This document shows positions 36,531 through 51,500 of a DNA stretch of 64,000 nucleotides, piece by piece. The position numbers and the translations under genes are program-made. The notes beneath the pieces were generated by a model. That model was given only the letters and a program-made list of their open reading frames with translations. It was not told where the DNA came from and searched no databases. Every line of letters begins with the position of its first letter. The stretch's first letter is position 1. Source of the DNA: Balanoglossus misakiensis (taxonomy: Eukaryota; Animalia; Hemichordata); the NCBI GenBank assembly GCA_040954595.2, contig CM082596.2:1889854-1953853 (forward strand), given 5' to 3'.

Positions 36531-38801
36531 TCAAATAGGACCATCTTCTGTCATCCAGTCACATTCAAGCAACATTTCTTCAAACCAGTCATCATCATCA
36601 TTATTTTCTGTCTGGGTCTGTTCAGTGAAAGATAGAATTGCTATGATTAAAGGTATATGAGCACTCATTTATGGGGTGTATCTTAGAAGCATTATTGAGA
36701 TCATATGGTAGTGCACTTTTTCACATGGCTACCAAGTAAAAATCTAATTGGCTAGATCTTTATTATCTGTGGCTACTTAAGTATACATGTACTTACATTA
36801 GCGATAATACTGTTTGTTTGGGCATGCTCAGATACTTGAGTCAGATCTTCTACGGGCAAGCTTGTTTTCTCTGTTGAAACTTCACAAACTTTTTGTTGGA
36901 ATGGCAGTTGTTCCTCAACTTCTTGTGCAAGACCAGTGTTTGGCTGTAGTAATGATGTCATCTCCTTCATTTCCTCTTCGGTGAAAATATTGAAATCTTT
37001 GTCCAGATCAAGAAATTCCACATCTGCATCCTTTATCAAGAAATTAAAAAATCATGAACCATGAGTTGTCATATTATAAAACGTAAATAAACAAAACCTT
37101 TTTAATACATTGAAAGACATTTGACATTTTCCAGTCATTCTCTCACTTAATACCAGTGTGTGTTTACTCTAATTGGAGTTATTCAGAGTTTTCATTTACA
37201 AACTTTTGATATATTGCTTACATCAAGTGCCTGATTTGTTTTCAATTCTGTATCAGCACTACTACATGTATGTATGTCTGGTTCTGCCTGCTGCTTTTCT
37301 TCAGATTGTCCTGGCGGTAAATTTCTTTTCCATTTCTGAAATTTGTGACACAAAGTTGACAGATTTTATTACATTTACAAACATTCAGGGACAGTGCTCC
37401 CCCATACCATAACTGCAAGGTACATTCAAGAGTGTCATATTTTGATTTGCATGACAAACAATGAACTTAACGAATGCCACCAAACAAATGACACTGAAAT
37501 CTGTATGTCAGCTGGCAACTAAATCCTATAAGCTACTGTTGTGCGCACCATATGGGTGGGAGCTAATGAATAATTCCCAAGCATTTTTAATGTACCATAC
37601 ATTGTATTTAACCATGAATGTGCCAATAGACACTTCAAACAATCAAAGCTATAAATACCCACAACTTTTATCCCCCCCCCCCACATCCCTCATCCAATCA
37701 TCACACACCAATGAGAACAATAGAGTTGGACCAAACACTATGCTATAGGGGTCAGGTTAACAGAGGAGCACTAATGAACTGCTTCTTCCGCGCAACAATA
37801 GGAACCATACTTCATCTATTGATTTAATTCACCTTGTCGCTATGCATGTCTTGCTGTGGTGTGTATCCCATCCTCTGCGCAGCAATCATCTCTAGTCTGT
37901 GTGTGATGCTGCTTGACAATTCATGTACATCGCAAACCTGTAGCACACAAATCATTCACTGTTTTAGATTCTTGGTTCCTCATTAATAATGTTATACAGA
38001 CTAATTGATAGATTATATGTATATCAGCACAGACAGATAAAATTAAACTCAAGGTCTCATCCCTTTACATCCTGACCTCCTTGCCTCACTAAAAAATAAA
38101 GCCTCATCTGACATATTTTCAACCTAAATTTATAACTATACACAATCAGAAACCTTATCATTACCTTGGATGTATTCTAAGAAAACAAACAACAAGCAAG
38201 AACATGTACAAACCTGTAGTTTCTGGAAACAGGCAAGTCTGAAATCATCATGAGTACTTCGGCTTACAATAGTGTATATTGCATTTGTTGTTCTCCCTAT
38301 TGCACTGTCAATCAAAGCCTGTTTCTGAAACGTCAAAAAAGAAATTTGTACAAAATCACTGAAGATCCAAAAGTTTGTCATTGAGTTTTACTCTTTATTG
38401 ATCAAATTGAGAGCAACATCTTGCACGGGAAGGATTTATCCCCATCCCTACCTCGAGCAGTTTGGGTCTCGGCGCGTCAAGGCACACAGGCGATTGACAC
38501 AAGTAGAGAAACGATCGTAAATGTTCACCAAAAAGGCATAATTTGTGCGATTATGTACAAAAGTTGCCTTTATATCAGTGCGCAAAAATGCTCAACATAA
38601 GTCTCTCCAAGCAAATGCTATTGTACGCGTTCACAATGTTATTTTATGGGCCTTCAAAAAACTTGCCCGAAAAAAGCGGTATACCCCTCCCGTCCAAAAA
38701 TCTTTCCTCAGTCCTTAAAAACATAAAAGTCTCACCTGTTCACACGTCTTACTAGTGTGCCCGTGGGCTAGAATTTGCGAATGATCTGGGTTCAATGCCA
38801 T
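36531..38801 (-). CDS. Uncharacterised ~238-aa protein with an acidic C-terminus, 6 coding exons
   Basis: Exons 38801-38736, 38324-38214, 37937-37833, 37335-37222, 37030-36797 and 36617-36531. All are GT-AG and phase 0, giving an open frame MALNPDHSQIL...DADVEFLDLDKDFNIFTEEEMKEM...NNDDDDWFEEMLLECDWMTEDGPI*. I recognise no family. Confidence 0.7.
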
Positions 38802-39062
38802 AATAACTAACGAGTTTGAGACCTGCCAGGAGACACACACGGAGAACTCGAGATTTCCCTTTTTTCGTCTGCTACACTTGTGTCGTCTTCAAACTCATTC
38901 ACACGGCGTTTACTTCATTCCCACGTTGTTTTAAGCTGTCGCCTTGTCACTCTTATTCGAAGCGTATCGGGAGGTATATATTTCATGCACTAGACCACTG
39001 AAACCGTAGATATTTTCACTGTTTGCAGCCGCATAAATTTCGCACGCGCTACAAATTTCTGC

Positions 39063-39073
39063 CCGCCATTTTG
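39063..39073 (-). promoter_or_regulatory. YY1-type motif near the likely transcription start of the uncharacterised gene
   Basis: CAAAATGGCGG on the minus (sense) strand, within a CpG-containing stretch ~260 bp upstream of the ATG. Confidence 0.4.
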
Positions 39074-42000
39074 TCTTCTGCTTCTGGCCTCCTCGTCCAC
39101 AAACGGAAAATAGCTCCTCAACGCATATTCAGATATTCTTGGGTATTCGGATGATTCCACTTTCCATTTATTGTATCAGCCAACAAAAAGCAATAATGAT
39201 GTTAAGTCACACTTTTTCTGGCGAATTTGGATTAATTAACCGATTCACAGCAGAATCCTCGCAAATGTGGATGCGAACTATAGGTGGCGCTACTCAGACC
39301 ATCCAGAAGGACCGAGTTATTTGCATATGCATAATGAGAAGACCGGGGGGGGGGGGGCATATATTATGCAAATAAGTTTTCCAAGAAAAGCGCACGATGG
39401 TACAAAGATAGCCTAGAGTCTGTGGCATGCCCTCAACAGTTATGACTATAGAACATTAGCCTGTGTCACCGTTTGCTGTATGAGAAAACTTTTCAAAAAT
39501 ATCACAGAACGTGTTTGTGTGGTTTCCAGGACAGTTATTTAAAACTCACTCTGTGTCTCAAATAAAGTTACTAGCATCTTGGCAGGAAGTACACCTTACA
39601 TAGACGGCTGAAAATAGTTTTATCCTTGGCAATGTTCTGATTCATAGTTGTAACTTCTGCAGTCATGTGTATGCAACGGTTCAAAATCTTTCCTTTTCAA
39701 TGCTCTATTCATGCAGGCAACAGTTTGTGTAGGGCATCATGCAGATATGACACACACATTCTACTCATCCGAAGTACTTGCTACTGGATGTGTTTATTAA
39801 AGTCAAAGGCTGAACAGGAAAATTGAATCAATAGTTTAATTTCTCAAGTTTGCTTTACAGGGAAAAAAAATCAAAATGAAAATGGTAGGATGACTAAAAC
39901 AAAACAAGTCACAGGTTTCCAAGCAAGAGAAAGCGAGCACTGAGAATGTTGTACAGTACATCATGTTCATCATTCACCTTACGGCTGTATTTTATTAGTA
40001 CAGCATATGTGGTAATTCTTCAGATGTCGTACTCTCTGGCAGTGCTGCGCTTTATTCTTGCAGTAAATCCAAGTTATCTTAGAACACTCAAGACTTCGGG
40101 AAAAAATCTAGCACAAGCCAATGGGTGTGGTGGGAAAAAACGGGGACCTGACTCTTAACTAGAGTCAGAATCTATCCGAACTACCTAACAAACATTATAA
40201 TAGAGTTTAAGTTGATATGTAATATGATGCAAAATGACACTTTTTACAAGTTCTGCAACCAAAACACGTCTGAAGTCAATGCCATTTTGCCACTTCATTT
40301 ACTATGGGAAATTTCAGATGATTTTTGGCTTTTAAGCTTCCAATCGTCTGCAAATTTTTTGCTCATTACAATTTGGTGACAGTGCTCAGGAAATTTCCCT
40401 AAATGGGTCAATATTTGATGTAAATGGTGGGTTTAATGTGCGCCTTAAAGTGGCATCAGGCCGGGCCATCTTTATAAGCTTACACATTCATGTTTGTTGC
40501 CATGTAAATGGGCACTTATCAAAGCAGTGAAACTGTGAGTGGAGACTCAATGTATTTGATAACAATTGAACTGAAAACGTGTCACTTGTCTCTTCACAAA
40601 AAACATCAATCGTTTACATAAAGTGCCTCAAGATCTCATCTGAAACTTTAATTGGCATACATTGCCGATATTTCTAATATTTCAGTGCGAAAGTGAACTG
40701 GGAGACGCAACCCAGCACTATTAAAGACAACACAAGCCTTTTGGTGAATTTCAAGACTTCAGACACTGCACATTTCAGACTGTGGGGGCATGACACACCC
40801 AAATTGTACGCCAACTTGCAAGATATATCAAGGTTCAACCCTACAATTATCAATTTCAAATAGAATTTCACTGAGATTGCATAATGAAACTGCGTTGTAA
40901 CTGTTACCAAGAATATTTTTCCTTGGCATTTAGTCCTACTACATGAGAGTTGGACTTAAACTTTTGCACATTAAGTGTATTTTTAAATATTCTGCGAACT
41001 CCAAAGCAGGATATTTTTACTGAGTTGTTTCTTGATCCTGTCAGTCCCCACTGCTTGACGTGTGTTATCATTTTACTAAATTTTGACATTCAAAAACTGG
41101 CGACAACACCTCCATTTTGTCTCACCTTCAACAGCACATCACTAGGCCAAACATTTCACACTTTTGAATTCATGTAAACAGGATTTACAGCGGAAAATGT
41201 TGAAACGAAAAGCAGCCATGGGGGAACAAACACAGAGACACCTGAGGATAATCAGATGAGATTTTGTGCTTCATAGTGTACAATGAACTCTTGAGTGTTC
41301 TAAGATTCCTTGAAAACTTATCAGATGACCACAGTTATATTTTTGACATTCTAAAGCTGTAGACAGAAATCCCTGCCATAGTGCGACACTTTTGTCCTGT
41401 GCCGACACTCTCTTTAAACACTTGAAACTTGCATCGATTAAACTAAGACACCGGCCAAACCAGTGGTCTATTGAATCAAAGTGCAAATTATGGATTTGAT
41501 GTCTACTGCCAAAATAAAATATGGTACCAATTTCTGTGGTCACCTGAAATTAGTTACCAAGTTTTTTTTCTTCTCAATTGAATGCTCTTTTAAAACAAAT
41601 ATGTGTCATGTGACTTTTCCTTTAAAAGGAGACAAATCTGATGTCAAGTGAGCTATGATATAAAGTCCTACACCACAATCTGGCAAATTTTTCAACATCA
41701 AAATGACAAAACATATATACGCACCAACCATTCTAAGGCAGTCAACTGACATATCTATGTTACAAGTACAATTAATCATTGTCACTTTCAAAAAGTCCAC
41801 CAGTCAACAATACAATAAGGATTTCATGTGGTGATACATCATAATTTCTTAACATATGTCAAGCAAAAATAGTATTAAACAGTGGGTTCCTTGGAAACAA
41901 AGTCTCTTTAATGCAGACAAGTGAAACTTTGTTGCAAAGCTGAATATATGCATTTTTTTGCTATACATTATTACAGATTGTAAGTCTTTTCAAAAAAATT

Positions 42001-44243
42001 ATTTACCACTGTGCAAGTTTCAATTATCACTCTGGCATGCTGTCATTATTGCAAATGTTATTTTGTTGCACCGACAGCAAATATTTGGAGGTGCAAATCT
42101 TTCTGTTTATGTGGAAAGTAATGTTACATCCCTGCTTCTCACAAGCTCAAGCAGACCAAATTATCAGTAAATCACCATTGTCCAGATGGACTAAAATAAG
42201 ACAGAAACGCTGGCCAACTTTCAGATTCTTGGCATTTTACATTTATGTTGACAGAATTCTTTAAATATGATCAACCAAATTAGATTGCTCATAAAATGGT
42301 TCACATTTTCTTTAGTGACCACTCTTCCATGTTCAAAAAATATCTTAAATTTGCTGTTCGCAATCGACAGATTTAAATAAATTGTGTAACATCTACACTA
42401 TAATCAAATAAAAGTTTTCACAGAATGCCAGAGTAATAATTTTTTTTTCTTTATACAACTACCATATTATCTCTATTTTTCTCTCTATCACACAAATTCA
42501 TATTTTTATCACGGCAAAAAGAGAAAATTAAAAGATAAGTTCTCAAAAACCCAAAATCTACTAACATCACACTATTTGGTGTTAGTGCTATTTTAGTCCC
42601 ATTTTTGTACACAAGGAAAACACACACATTTCTTGTTTAGACAACGACATGGGGATAAAGTTCAAACAAGTAATCTTGACATGCTTCAATTTCAAAATTG
42701 AAAATACAAAACCAGCAATTATTAATTTTAATAGTCAGTCTGATTAACATTATGTAACATTTGCAGATCAAATTCTTTTTAACTCTACTTGAAACACAGT
42801 AGTACCTTTAAAGTCTTATGCTCTAACTTTTTTTTTTTAATTTTCTATATTTTGATCTATACTGACTGCTATTTCTCTGCCAAGCTACAGTTTTGGCATT
42901 AATTGTTTGAAACTTGTAAGATGTCACTGTGAAATGAAAAAATACGAGTCTGCAAAAATTCTCACAAAAATATTAACACCTTTCACTTGTATTTTACCCC
43001 AAAATTTTCCCCCGATGAAAGTTACAGATAAATGTGCATGTGTTGTCTCTAACTACATACAAGTGTTGAACATTTACCAGTCCTGGTATAATTTCATACA
43101 CAAGTTCTACTCTAGTATACTGCATTTATAATGGTCAAGTTAGCAACATACTGAATTGTAACAAAAACATATTGAATTGATAAAATATATAATTTTTTTG
43201 GTCGTAGATACATACATTGATAATTACAAGGTCAAGGCTTATGATATCCCTCTATGACTGCTAATAGATACATGAGTAAGGAAATAGGAAATACAGGTTT
43301 CTTTGCTGCAATGCTACCGATAATGACTATCATTTCATTCAATAGTCGTAATACTAGTCATAATTTGCATTAAAAATAAATTCATAGACTTTTTATGTTG
43401 TTGGAAACAGTCATTATTTGAAAGGACTTGGATATAAGTAGGCACATTGCAATGACTGATGGATTACCATGACCACAGAAACTAGATACATGCACCATTC
43501 CCTGAAAAACCCCTTCATGCTGATAAAAAAAACAACAACAACCAAACACATAGTTATGAAACAGAATGATTATGCAAAGGGAAGAAAACAGCATCAAGTG
43601 AAAGACAATTACAAACACCCTGAAAAGCTTTCTGTCAATATTGAGCCAACATCTGCAGTTGTGTGTGCCAAGTTAACCAAGCAGTCTGGTCTGCGTTGTT
43701 CAGAAAGTTCTATTTATCAATGCAGTACAATCCTCCCCAATGCACAGATGCTTCAAGGCCCGACAACTGAATGTCACCAACATTGACAGAGGGAAAAGAA
43801 TGGACAGTCCCAAACAGAGAGAAAAAAAAGTATAACATTTAATTATACATATGCACTTTTTATAGCCTTTTTTTTAGGTTTACCTTTTTGGAACACATTA
43901 TACACTGAATTTACAACTTGAAGGGTGCAACCTAGCAATCAAATCTTCATAAGTTATTAGAATGTAATCCTTCTGATTCTGAGAAAGCATGACTTGAATT
44001 GCAATTATTCCCACTCCCCAATGTTCTTCATTTTAACAACTTGAGTTGACCAATCACAAAAGACTACAAAAACACTACCTATTGCACTATAATGCAACAC
44101 TTCTGGAGAAAATATTGACCCTTTGCGCCCTGACCGTCTATGATGTCATTCAGAAGCTTTCTTCTGAGTTGGTTCAATGGGTTTAAACTGATGAAGATGT
44201 ATCGTATGCTTCGGCATTATCAAGTACCACTCTGCCATTCCAT

Positions 44244-44334
44244 TCAACCCCTTCACCACCATTGTTTGGATCCACCCTATTGTTTCACACAGAGTGGTTT
44301 GATCCATACTTGGACAAGAGGGTGGAGGGGTTAA
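44244..44334. mobile_element. piggyBac-type MITE copy in the probable LARP4 3' UTR
   Basis: tcaa-ccccttcaccacc ... gggtggagggg-ttaa. Same length and terminal structure as the 13462 and 51007 copies, in opposite orientation. Confidence 0.55.
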
Positions 44335-45557
44335 ATTGTTTGTCTCTCAGTGCACATGAGAAAAAAATCACAAGCTAGTATACTTAGTGTGAAGATGGGG
44401 AAAACAGAAACTGACCTAAAACCTTTTTTAAGAAATTATCATAGACATTTTAGTTTTTCAGAAATTAATCTTCTCATGCAAGGTTTGCACCAAATTTTAA
44501 AATCCTGCTCATTGCAAACAAGTCCAACCTGGTACATGCAAATATACCTCACCCTAACTAAAGTCAATATATCCATTGGTTATTTGGCACTCTTTTTCAC
44601 ACACACCCATTTCCCCCAACGCAAAACACAGCATTCAAAAATTTAAGTATGTCACGTGTTGTTCTTTCTTCACCCTCAACATGCATGATAAGTGAATTTC
44701 TTACAGGAATTCTACCTAGTTGTTGAGGAGTACTGCTACATTTTTACATATACATGTCATGGTAAAATATGGCTAAGCATGGTTGGTGTAGACAATCTAC
44801 AGCAAACTTCCCTTGGTCAACTGTGGGTACTGGTACATTTTTACCAGTGGACAAACACATGGCAATTCCTGTCATGAGACCTTTGGTGAGTGCATGATCT
44901 GTCTTATGCATCAAACCATTTACAATTTATCTGGACTTGTATGAAATATAGTGCCAAAACTTTGGTACTGAATTGAAATGTGATGTAACGAAGGTGAAAA
45001 AATACAACGGTGACACAGCCAGCCCCGTGCAAAACCCTTCATGGTTATTTGATGCCTCCCAACCCAAAACCAAACCCACACGTGTTCTTACACCCCCCTC
45101 ACCCCAATGAAGTAAATTATTTTTGTGCTCACACTCAGGACGATGCAGAGATATTGAATCCAGAGTAACACTTAGTATCTTACAAGCACATACATCAAGA
45201 TTTTCTCATTTATACAGTTTCCTAATAAGTTCACGTTTAAGTGTCATATATGTGTCTACCTCTAAAATGTACAATGTATCCTTTCTCAGTGATCTCTCTG
45301 TACAGTATTCCGTGGTTTAGTTCACTGCTTCCATCACAGCCCGACACTCCCCTTACAATGAAATCAAAATCTCAGAACTAGGTTGTGGAAGATACCAAAT
45401 TCCATTGGCAGGGGTGGTCAGGTGTTGTCTTCCTGGGTAGAAGCATACCCTAGAACCAATAGCACCATGTCTGTTGAGTCAGCGGTGTTTCAATTCCACT
45501 GAATAAATCTTGAAGCACAATTTTTTGTCTTGATTTCAGTTGTTTCTCCTCTCCTTG

Positions 45558-48500
45558 CTATTTCACAGGTGACTTGCGTCCGTTTGTTGACTGGTCTTTC
45601 GAATTCTCTCCATTCTGCTGTTTTGACTGCTCGTTCGAAGAACTGTCAGATTTTGGAGACTGCTGGGGTGCAGCATGTTTTTGTGATAACTGTCTCTGAG
45701 GTTGTGGCTGTGACTGTTTTGCACCAGCTTTTTGCTGCGACTGATTTTGTTGTGCTTGTTGTTGTTGTACTGGAGATGGTGGAGGAGCTTTTTTAGTGGG
45801 CTTCAGTGCCAACATCTGGGCATAACTCGGCTTAGTTCCGCCGATATTCTGCCCTTCCTCCTGTAAATGGTGAAAAGAATTTCATATTAACTAACATGCA
45901 ACATTCCATTCAGTGTACACCTAATACACCAGGACCAAAGTCAGACAAGATTACTGCCCAGATTCAATATTATCTGTTCGTCTGATGTTCGACTAAACCA
46001 TGGCCGTGAAAGGGTTAATTCAGCCACATGACTGGTCACATACCTGTTTTTGAGCTGTAGAGTTGGCAGTGCTACTTTGTTGGTTTGTTTTTCCAACAGC
46101 TGCAGTAGTAGTAGTTGTAGTTGTAGTAGTGGTGGCGATGGCAGAGGTGGTATCTTTACTTGTCCCATCATCTGGAGTAGTTTGATTGACTTTCGGAGCA
46201 GTAGGCGAAGCAGGGGGAGATCCACTATGCCTCTGTGTCGCCTCAGTACCAGTAGATGGCGACTGACTCGCTTGTACAGTCTGGTTGTTATCCAAAGGTC
46301 TGACAGTACGCTGAGGGTTAAATTTAGAAAAATATATTAATTTATCATTCACACATGTATTTCTCATTCCTTTTCAATCATTGTTTTGCAGATAAAGAAA
46401 AACTAGTCTGATGAAGGTACAGGCCTCGACTTTGTACACTTCAATATCTACTTGCTGCGAATGTTTTCGGTGTTCTATATATATACCTGTTTTCCACCTA
46501 TATAAAATAAGCAAAGAACAAGACTAACCTTAGGGTCTTTAACACCTTTCAGTATATCTGCCAACATAGTCTTCTTGGTTTCTGTCTCCTCAGTTTTCAC
46601 CACATTCTCTCGGCCAGGCAGCGGTGGAAACGAAGATGGAGCAAAATCCAGTTTGGGTGAGGGTGGTTTGGGCTGGTCCTCGCGTCTATCACTTGAGTTC
46701 CTTCTCCTGGGACCCTCGTCTTCTCTCCTCCTCCCCCGTCGACTAAACCCACCCCGCCTGTCAATTCAGGAAAATGAATTTTAGTCAAGCTTGTATTTAG
46801 TTACCTTGTGCATCACACACTGCTTTGGGGAAACTTTGGGTGGGTGGGGGGGTGGGGGAATCTCATGCAAAATATATAGAACTTGTTATTATAGGTCAGG
46901 GCCCTTTTGACAAGACCCTGACCTGTGGTTCAACTGCACATAATGTCTATAATCGTCATTTAACTGTTATTGATACTTCACTGTAATACTGTAAGCAGTA
47001 AAATAATATCACGCCATTTATATTGCTAACACATGGACTATCTGTATGTCCTGGGGCAATACTTTGAAGAGAGAATGTTTATAGCATTACTTTGCATAGG
47101 AAAAAGATGACTGGGTCAACAAGGGGGAATAGCCTATTGAGCATACATGTACATGTCAGTAAAGTGTTTCATTTTCTGCCAAATTACTCTGGGTGTGGAC
47201 AAGTCAAAATGAAATACAAATGGAAAGCTACAGAAGTCTACAGACATGACACATAATCAAATGGTATTTACCTTGGTGGATTTGCTGCCGCGTAATTCAT
47301 TGAGTCTTGTTGGCCTAGTTTGGGAGATGTATTATCTCGCCGTCCTCTGTAAGTTCCGTTCTCCCTGTCCATGTCTCGTCTATCACCATTGTCTCGCGAT
47401 GTCCGGGGACTGACATTATGCGTACCATTGGCAGTACTATTCCTATCGTGAGGTGACCGTGGAATCTCATGGTTGTTATTGCGCTCCAGAGATCTCTCGT
47501 CTTGTATACTTGATGTCCTTTGGTGAGTCTTGGTTTGGTTTCTGCTTCCATGAAAATAAGACAAACATATTTTGAACGTCAGTGCAGGAAGTGGGTTCTA
47601 ATCTTACAAGTCAATGACATTTTCCCTTGACCGTCACTGTTTAGAGATAACATTTAATATACATATCATCCAGTACACAATATGGAAATATAACATATTT
47701 GCTATCGATTTTTTTTAATATTGTTTCCCTAACAGGTGTTATCAGCTAACTTTGAACAATGGATACATACCTGTTCCTGTTTCCTTGATAGCCATATCTT
47801 CCTACAGCTATGGGATGCTGATGGAATTTATTTTGTGGTGCCATTCCATTGCCAGGAAAGGGTGCCTGGTGTGGAAAAATCAGATACATTTCCAGATTAG
47901 AAAGTTCACCTGGAAACCTGTATTGGCTAGAGGAGTGTCATTCACCAAACTGTTTAGAAAATAAACCACAGATCTGGAAGCTGTTTGCAATAACTTGAAA
48001 TCGTCAAATTCACACCATGCAGGAATACTCACCATGGGGGTTTCGTAAAATGGAGGGGGACTGGTGGGCCACTGCTGTGGTATCACATTGGGATTAGGGT
48101 AGAAGGCAAACGGTTGTTGAGCACCATTAATGATTGGTGAAACAGGACTATATTGGAACTGTTGCTGAGGGTATATGCTGGTAGGCGTTGTGGCTGTTGT
48201 CTGGGGTGTCGCTGGCGTTGTCGGTGTTCGTAATCCATTCATCTTTGCCGAGTAACTTTGGAGTGGTTTAGCTTTTATCCTGGCCTGAAAATGAAAGTCA
48301 CAGATCATAGAATTTACCAGCATACTCTGCAATTACTGTCAGGCAAAATTGCATGCTGTCACTGGTATGACTGAAATCATTTGCCAAAATGACGGGACAG
48401 TCCCAGTGCAAAATAAATTATCTCTAGATGCCTTACTTCATTTAAAATTGATTGACTTCAAATGACCGAGTGTTTATAGAGCAGAGCAGTAGATAGTAGG

Positions 48501-51500
48501 CATGTGTCATTTTATGTCCAAAAATCATCAGAGGGGAAATGTGGTAATATTTACCATAATTGGTCTTCCTCTGAAGGTCTGGACTTCTTCCCGTAGGTAC
48601 TTGTAGGCATTCTGAGCATCAGCCTCTGAATCAAACGTGACATACCAGTTGCAATTGTGAGCGAACTCACAACGTGCAAACCTGGGACAGTTTTCACCTG
48701 AGAATAATGCTTTCACTTCCTAAAAAGTAAACGAAAGAAATGAGAACGTTAAAGCACTTGAACCAAATATGTCAACAGTGATAAAAAAGAAAATAGAGGT
48801 GAAAGGGTTAAGGATGACACAGGCAAAACCCTATCATTTTCAATATATAAATTGATTACACCATTATCTCCTCACAGCATTCATATCAAGTGTCAGTAAA
48901 ACTCCAGGACTCTTCAGTTAAGTTTGTTAAGGAGTATTTCAAGGTCGCATCTGCCGTTGTACGCTATAATCTTTGTTATATTCCACAACAATCTGATGAC
49001 AACTGACATTTGATAACAGCAAGGGTAATCGTTCATCATTTACTCCCTTGAAACTTCAGTGCTCACCTCAAGAGGAGTTGCGTCAGGAATTTCTCGTAAC
49101 ATCACTATACATCTTTTCGTAATTGGCCGAACTCTCTCCCCTTGATCATCTACTTGTAAATAAGGAGACTCTGAAGACATAAAAACAAAACGCAAATTAG
49201 TGTTGAACATTTTCTTACGCAGATTCTTGTTTTCATCCAAATAAAATTCATGAAACACTGAATATATCTTTGGTCTGCCTGCTCAATACTTTTAATAGCA
49301 TATTGTACTAAGCTATAAAAGATGATTAAATGGCAACACTGCAGCTGTTACCTTAATATTACCAAAGCAGATATACATACAAAACTCGATATGTTCTGGA
49401 CAATCGAAGCTTTCACATTTGTTTAATTTTATGACAATTTCTGTGTGTTACATATATCTGTACAACTGAGATGTAGTTTTCGTGAATAACCTATAAAAAG
49501 CACAGGTGATAAATATCACAGGATTGGATAACTGCTGGCAGAGGTACAGCCTATCATTTGGATTAAAACGCAACCAATCAGCTGTCAATTTACTGGTTGA
49601 AAATACTATTTTGGTCTTCTGCTTTTTGATGAATTCTTAGCTATAAGAATTGACAGCTTGAGCAGATACCAGTTTTTAAAACAACATGAATACGCACCTC
49701 TGAGAACGTCAATTATCAGGTTAATGTCACTTGTTAGTCTCTTGACAGCATTGAAATTGGCTATGGTCCATATTGGTACATACTGGTCTGAGTCCATTTG
49801 TGACCGGAGATATGTATCACTGGCTAAGTTTTCTCTGCAAGAAGAAAACATTCAAAACACATTAAACTTTACCAACTTGCAATACAATACAACAAGCCAC
49901 ACTGAAATAATTTCAGCAATTCCAAAATCATTCAGCATGAAAATGTGTTTGACTCACCTTGAAAAATAGTACTCTAATTGATATCTGAGCATCTCTCGAA
50001 GGCTATCCTCTTTAGTGCGAGAATTGTCCGGAGCCAGCTCATCCCCTGAGACTAATTGTCCCTCTGTACTTGGGGTATACGTCATCTCGGTTGTGGTATA
50101 ACCATTGACTGTCAGATGAGCAATGGGTATTGGTGACTCAGCTGGGGATGGGAATACAGCTGCCCCTGTGGTATATTTGCTGCTCACATCCCCGTTGATT
50201 TGGTATGGACCTGAGAAATTGAAAACACAAACGTGTCATGAATACAGATGTGATTATCAATGGTGTACGTTAATAAAACACTGTCATTACATAAGTTGAA
50301 TGTCTAGTACAGAAATCTGCTCGAAAAATCACTTTTGGCTGAAAATCACACACATTCAATGAACACTTCTGAACAATAATACAAAATCACCATATACTAT
50401 TTCTACACAAATATTTTTAAATGGACTGACAGATGTCTACATGCTTGCTGAGTTGGTGAGCAATAATATTTTGAAGAGTTAACCCCAGAGGCCATGTCTG
50501 GTTGCCTTGATTGCATTTGTGTCGCATGACTCATTTCAATCACTGATGTTTAAGTTAAACTGTTCAGAGGTTTTCAAAACAGGTTACTTTATTTTATGTC
50601 AGCATTAGAGAGGGACAAAAGGAACAAATAATGCTACACTTGGAAAGTTTCCACTGGTGATACGAGTAGGGATTCTGCTGGAGTTTGGTTGAAAAAAAAA
50701 ACAGAATTTCATTCTGGGAACTACAGTAATATTGACGTTTCCTTGAACTGACTGCACTGATAGACTGAGGGGTATTCCCAGTAATATAACTACAGAACCC
50801 TCATAAATTGTACTTGCATCAGGGGTCAAGTAGTAACAGTTCATGAACAGGCAAAACATTGCTATGTTATTCTGAAAAATTCAAAGCATCCATAACACAG
50901 TGAACTAGTTACTATATAAGGAAATAAACTTTAAAACAGGAGGAAAGATTATCAAAGGTAGAAAAAGCCTAAAAATAATAAGTATTGTCTCTTTCCCAAA
51001 GCATTTATAACCCTTTCACCCTCAGTTCCTCTTTAGAGGTCTAACCTTACCATATGTTTGGACTGAACCATGGTGGTGAAAGGGTTAAAGGTCCATGATT
51101 TGACGATATAATCAATAGACCTTTTGTCTGTAAACTTAATTGTTCAGTGGGAAACAAAAGCTAAGCTGCATACACATCTCCCAGTTAATTCTCACTGTTT
51201 GTTTTTTATCAACACAACTGTGTAGCCAGTATTGTTGAATAGACATTATCATGCTTACTTTTCTGGCATGATGTTCTTTGATGGGAGTTAACTGTGAGAA
51301 GATTACTTTTCATAAACTTGTGAATCTATAAAATCCATCATTCCACTTACCCTGTATTGCTGCTACCTGCGAGGGTGAGGAGGAGTTACTATTGCCTTGC
51401 TCCTGCCAGGAGGCATCACCATTATCAAGCGTCTGTGTTGTTGTTGTTGTTGTTGAAGCAGTTGGTGAAGTTGGAAGCGTTGTCTTAGGACCCTGGAATA

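Noticed and set aside
37242-37457. Cys-rich 71-aa ORF from the track
   Set aside because: It overlaps the inferred exon 37222-37335 in another frame and has no usable donor before its stop.
39139-45320. Numerous short 60-105 aa ORFs
   Set aside because: No recognisable motifs or consistent splice structure; expected by chance in UTR or intergenic DNA.
47910-47949. Possible extra stop-containing LARP4 exon
   Set aside because: It would leave a 44-nt intron, and the flanking exons already join in frame.
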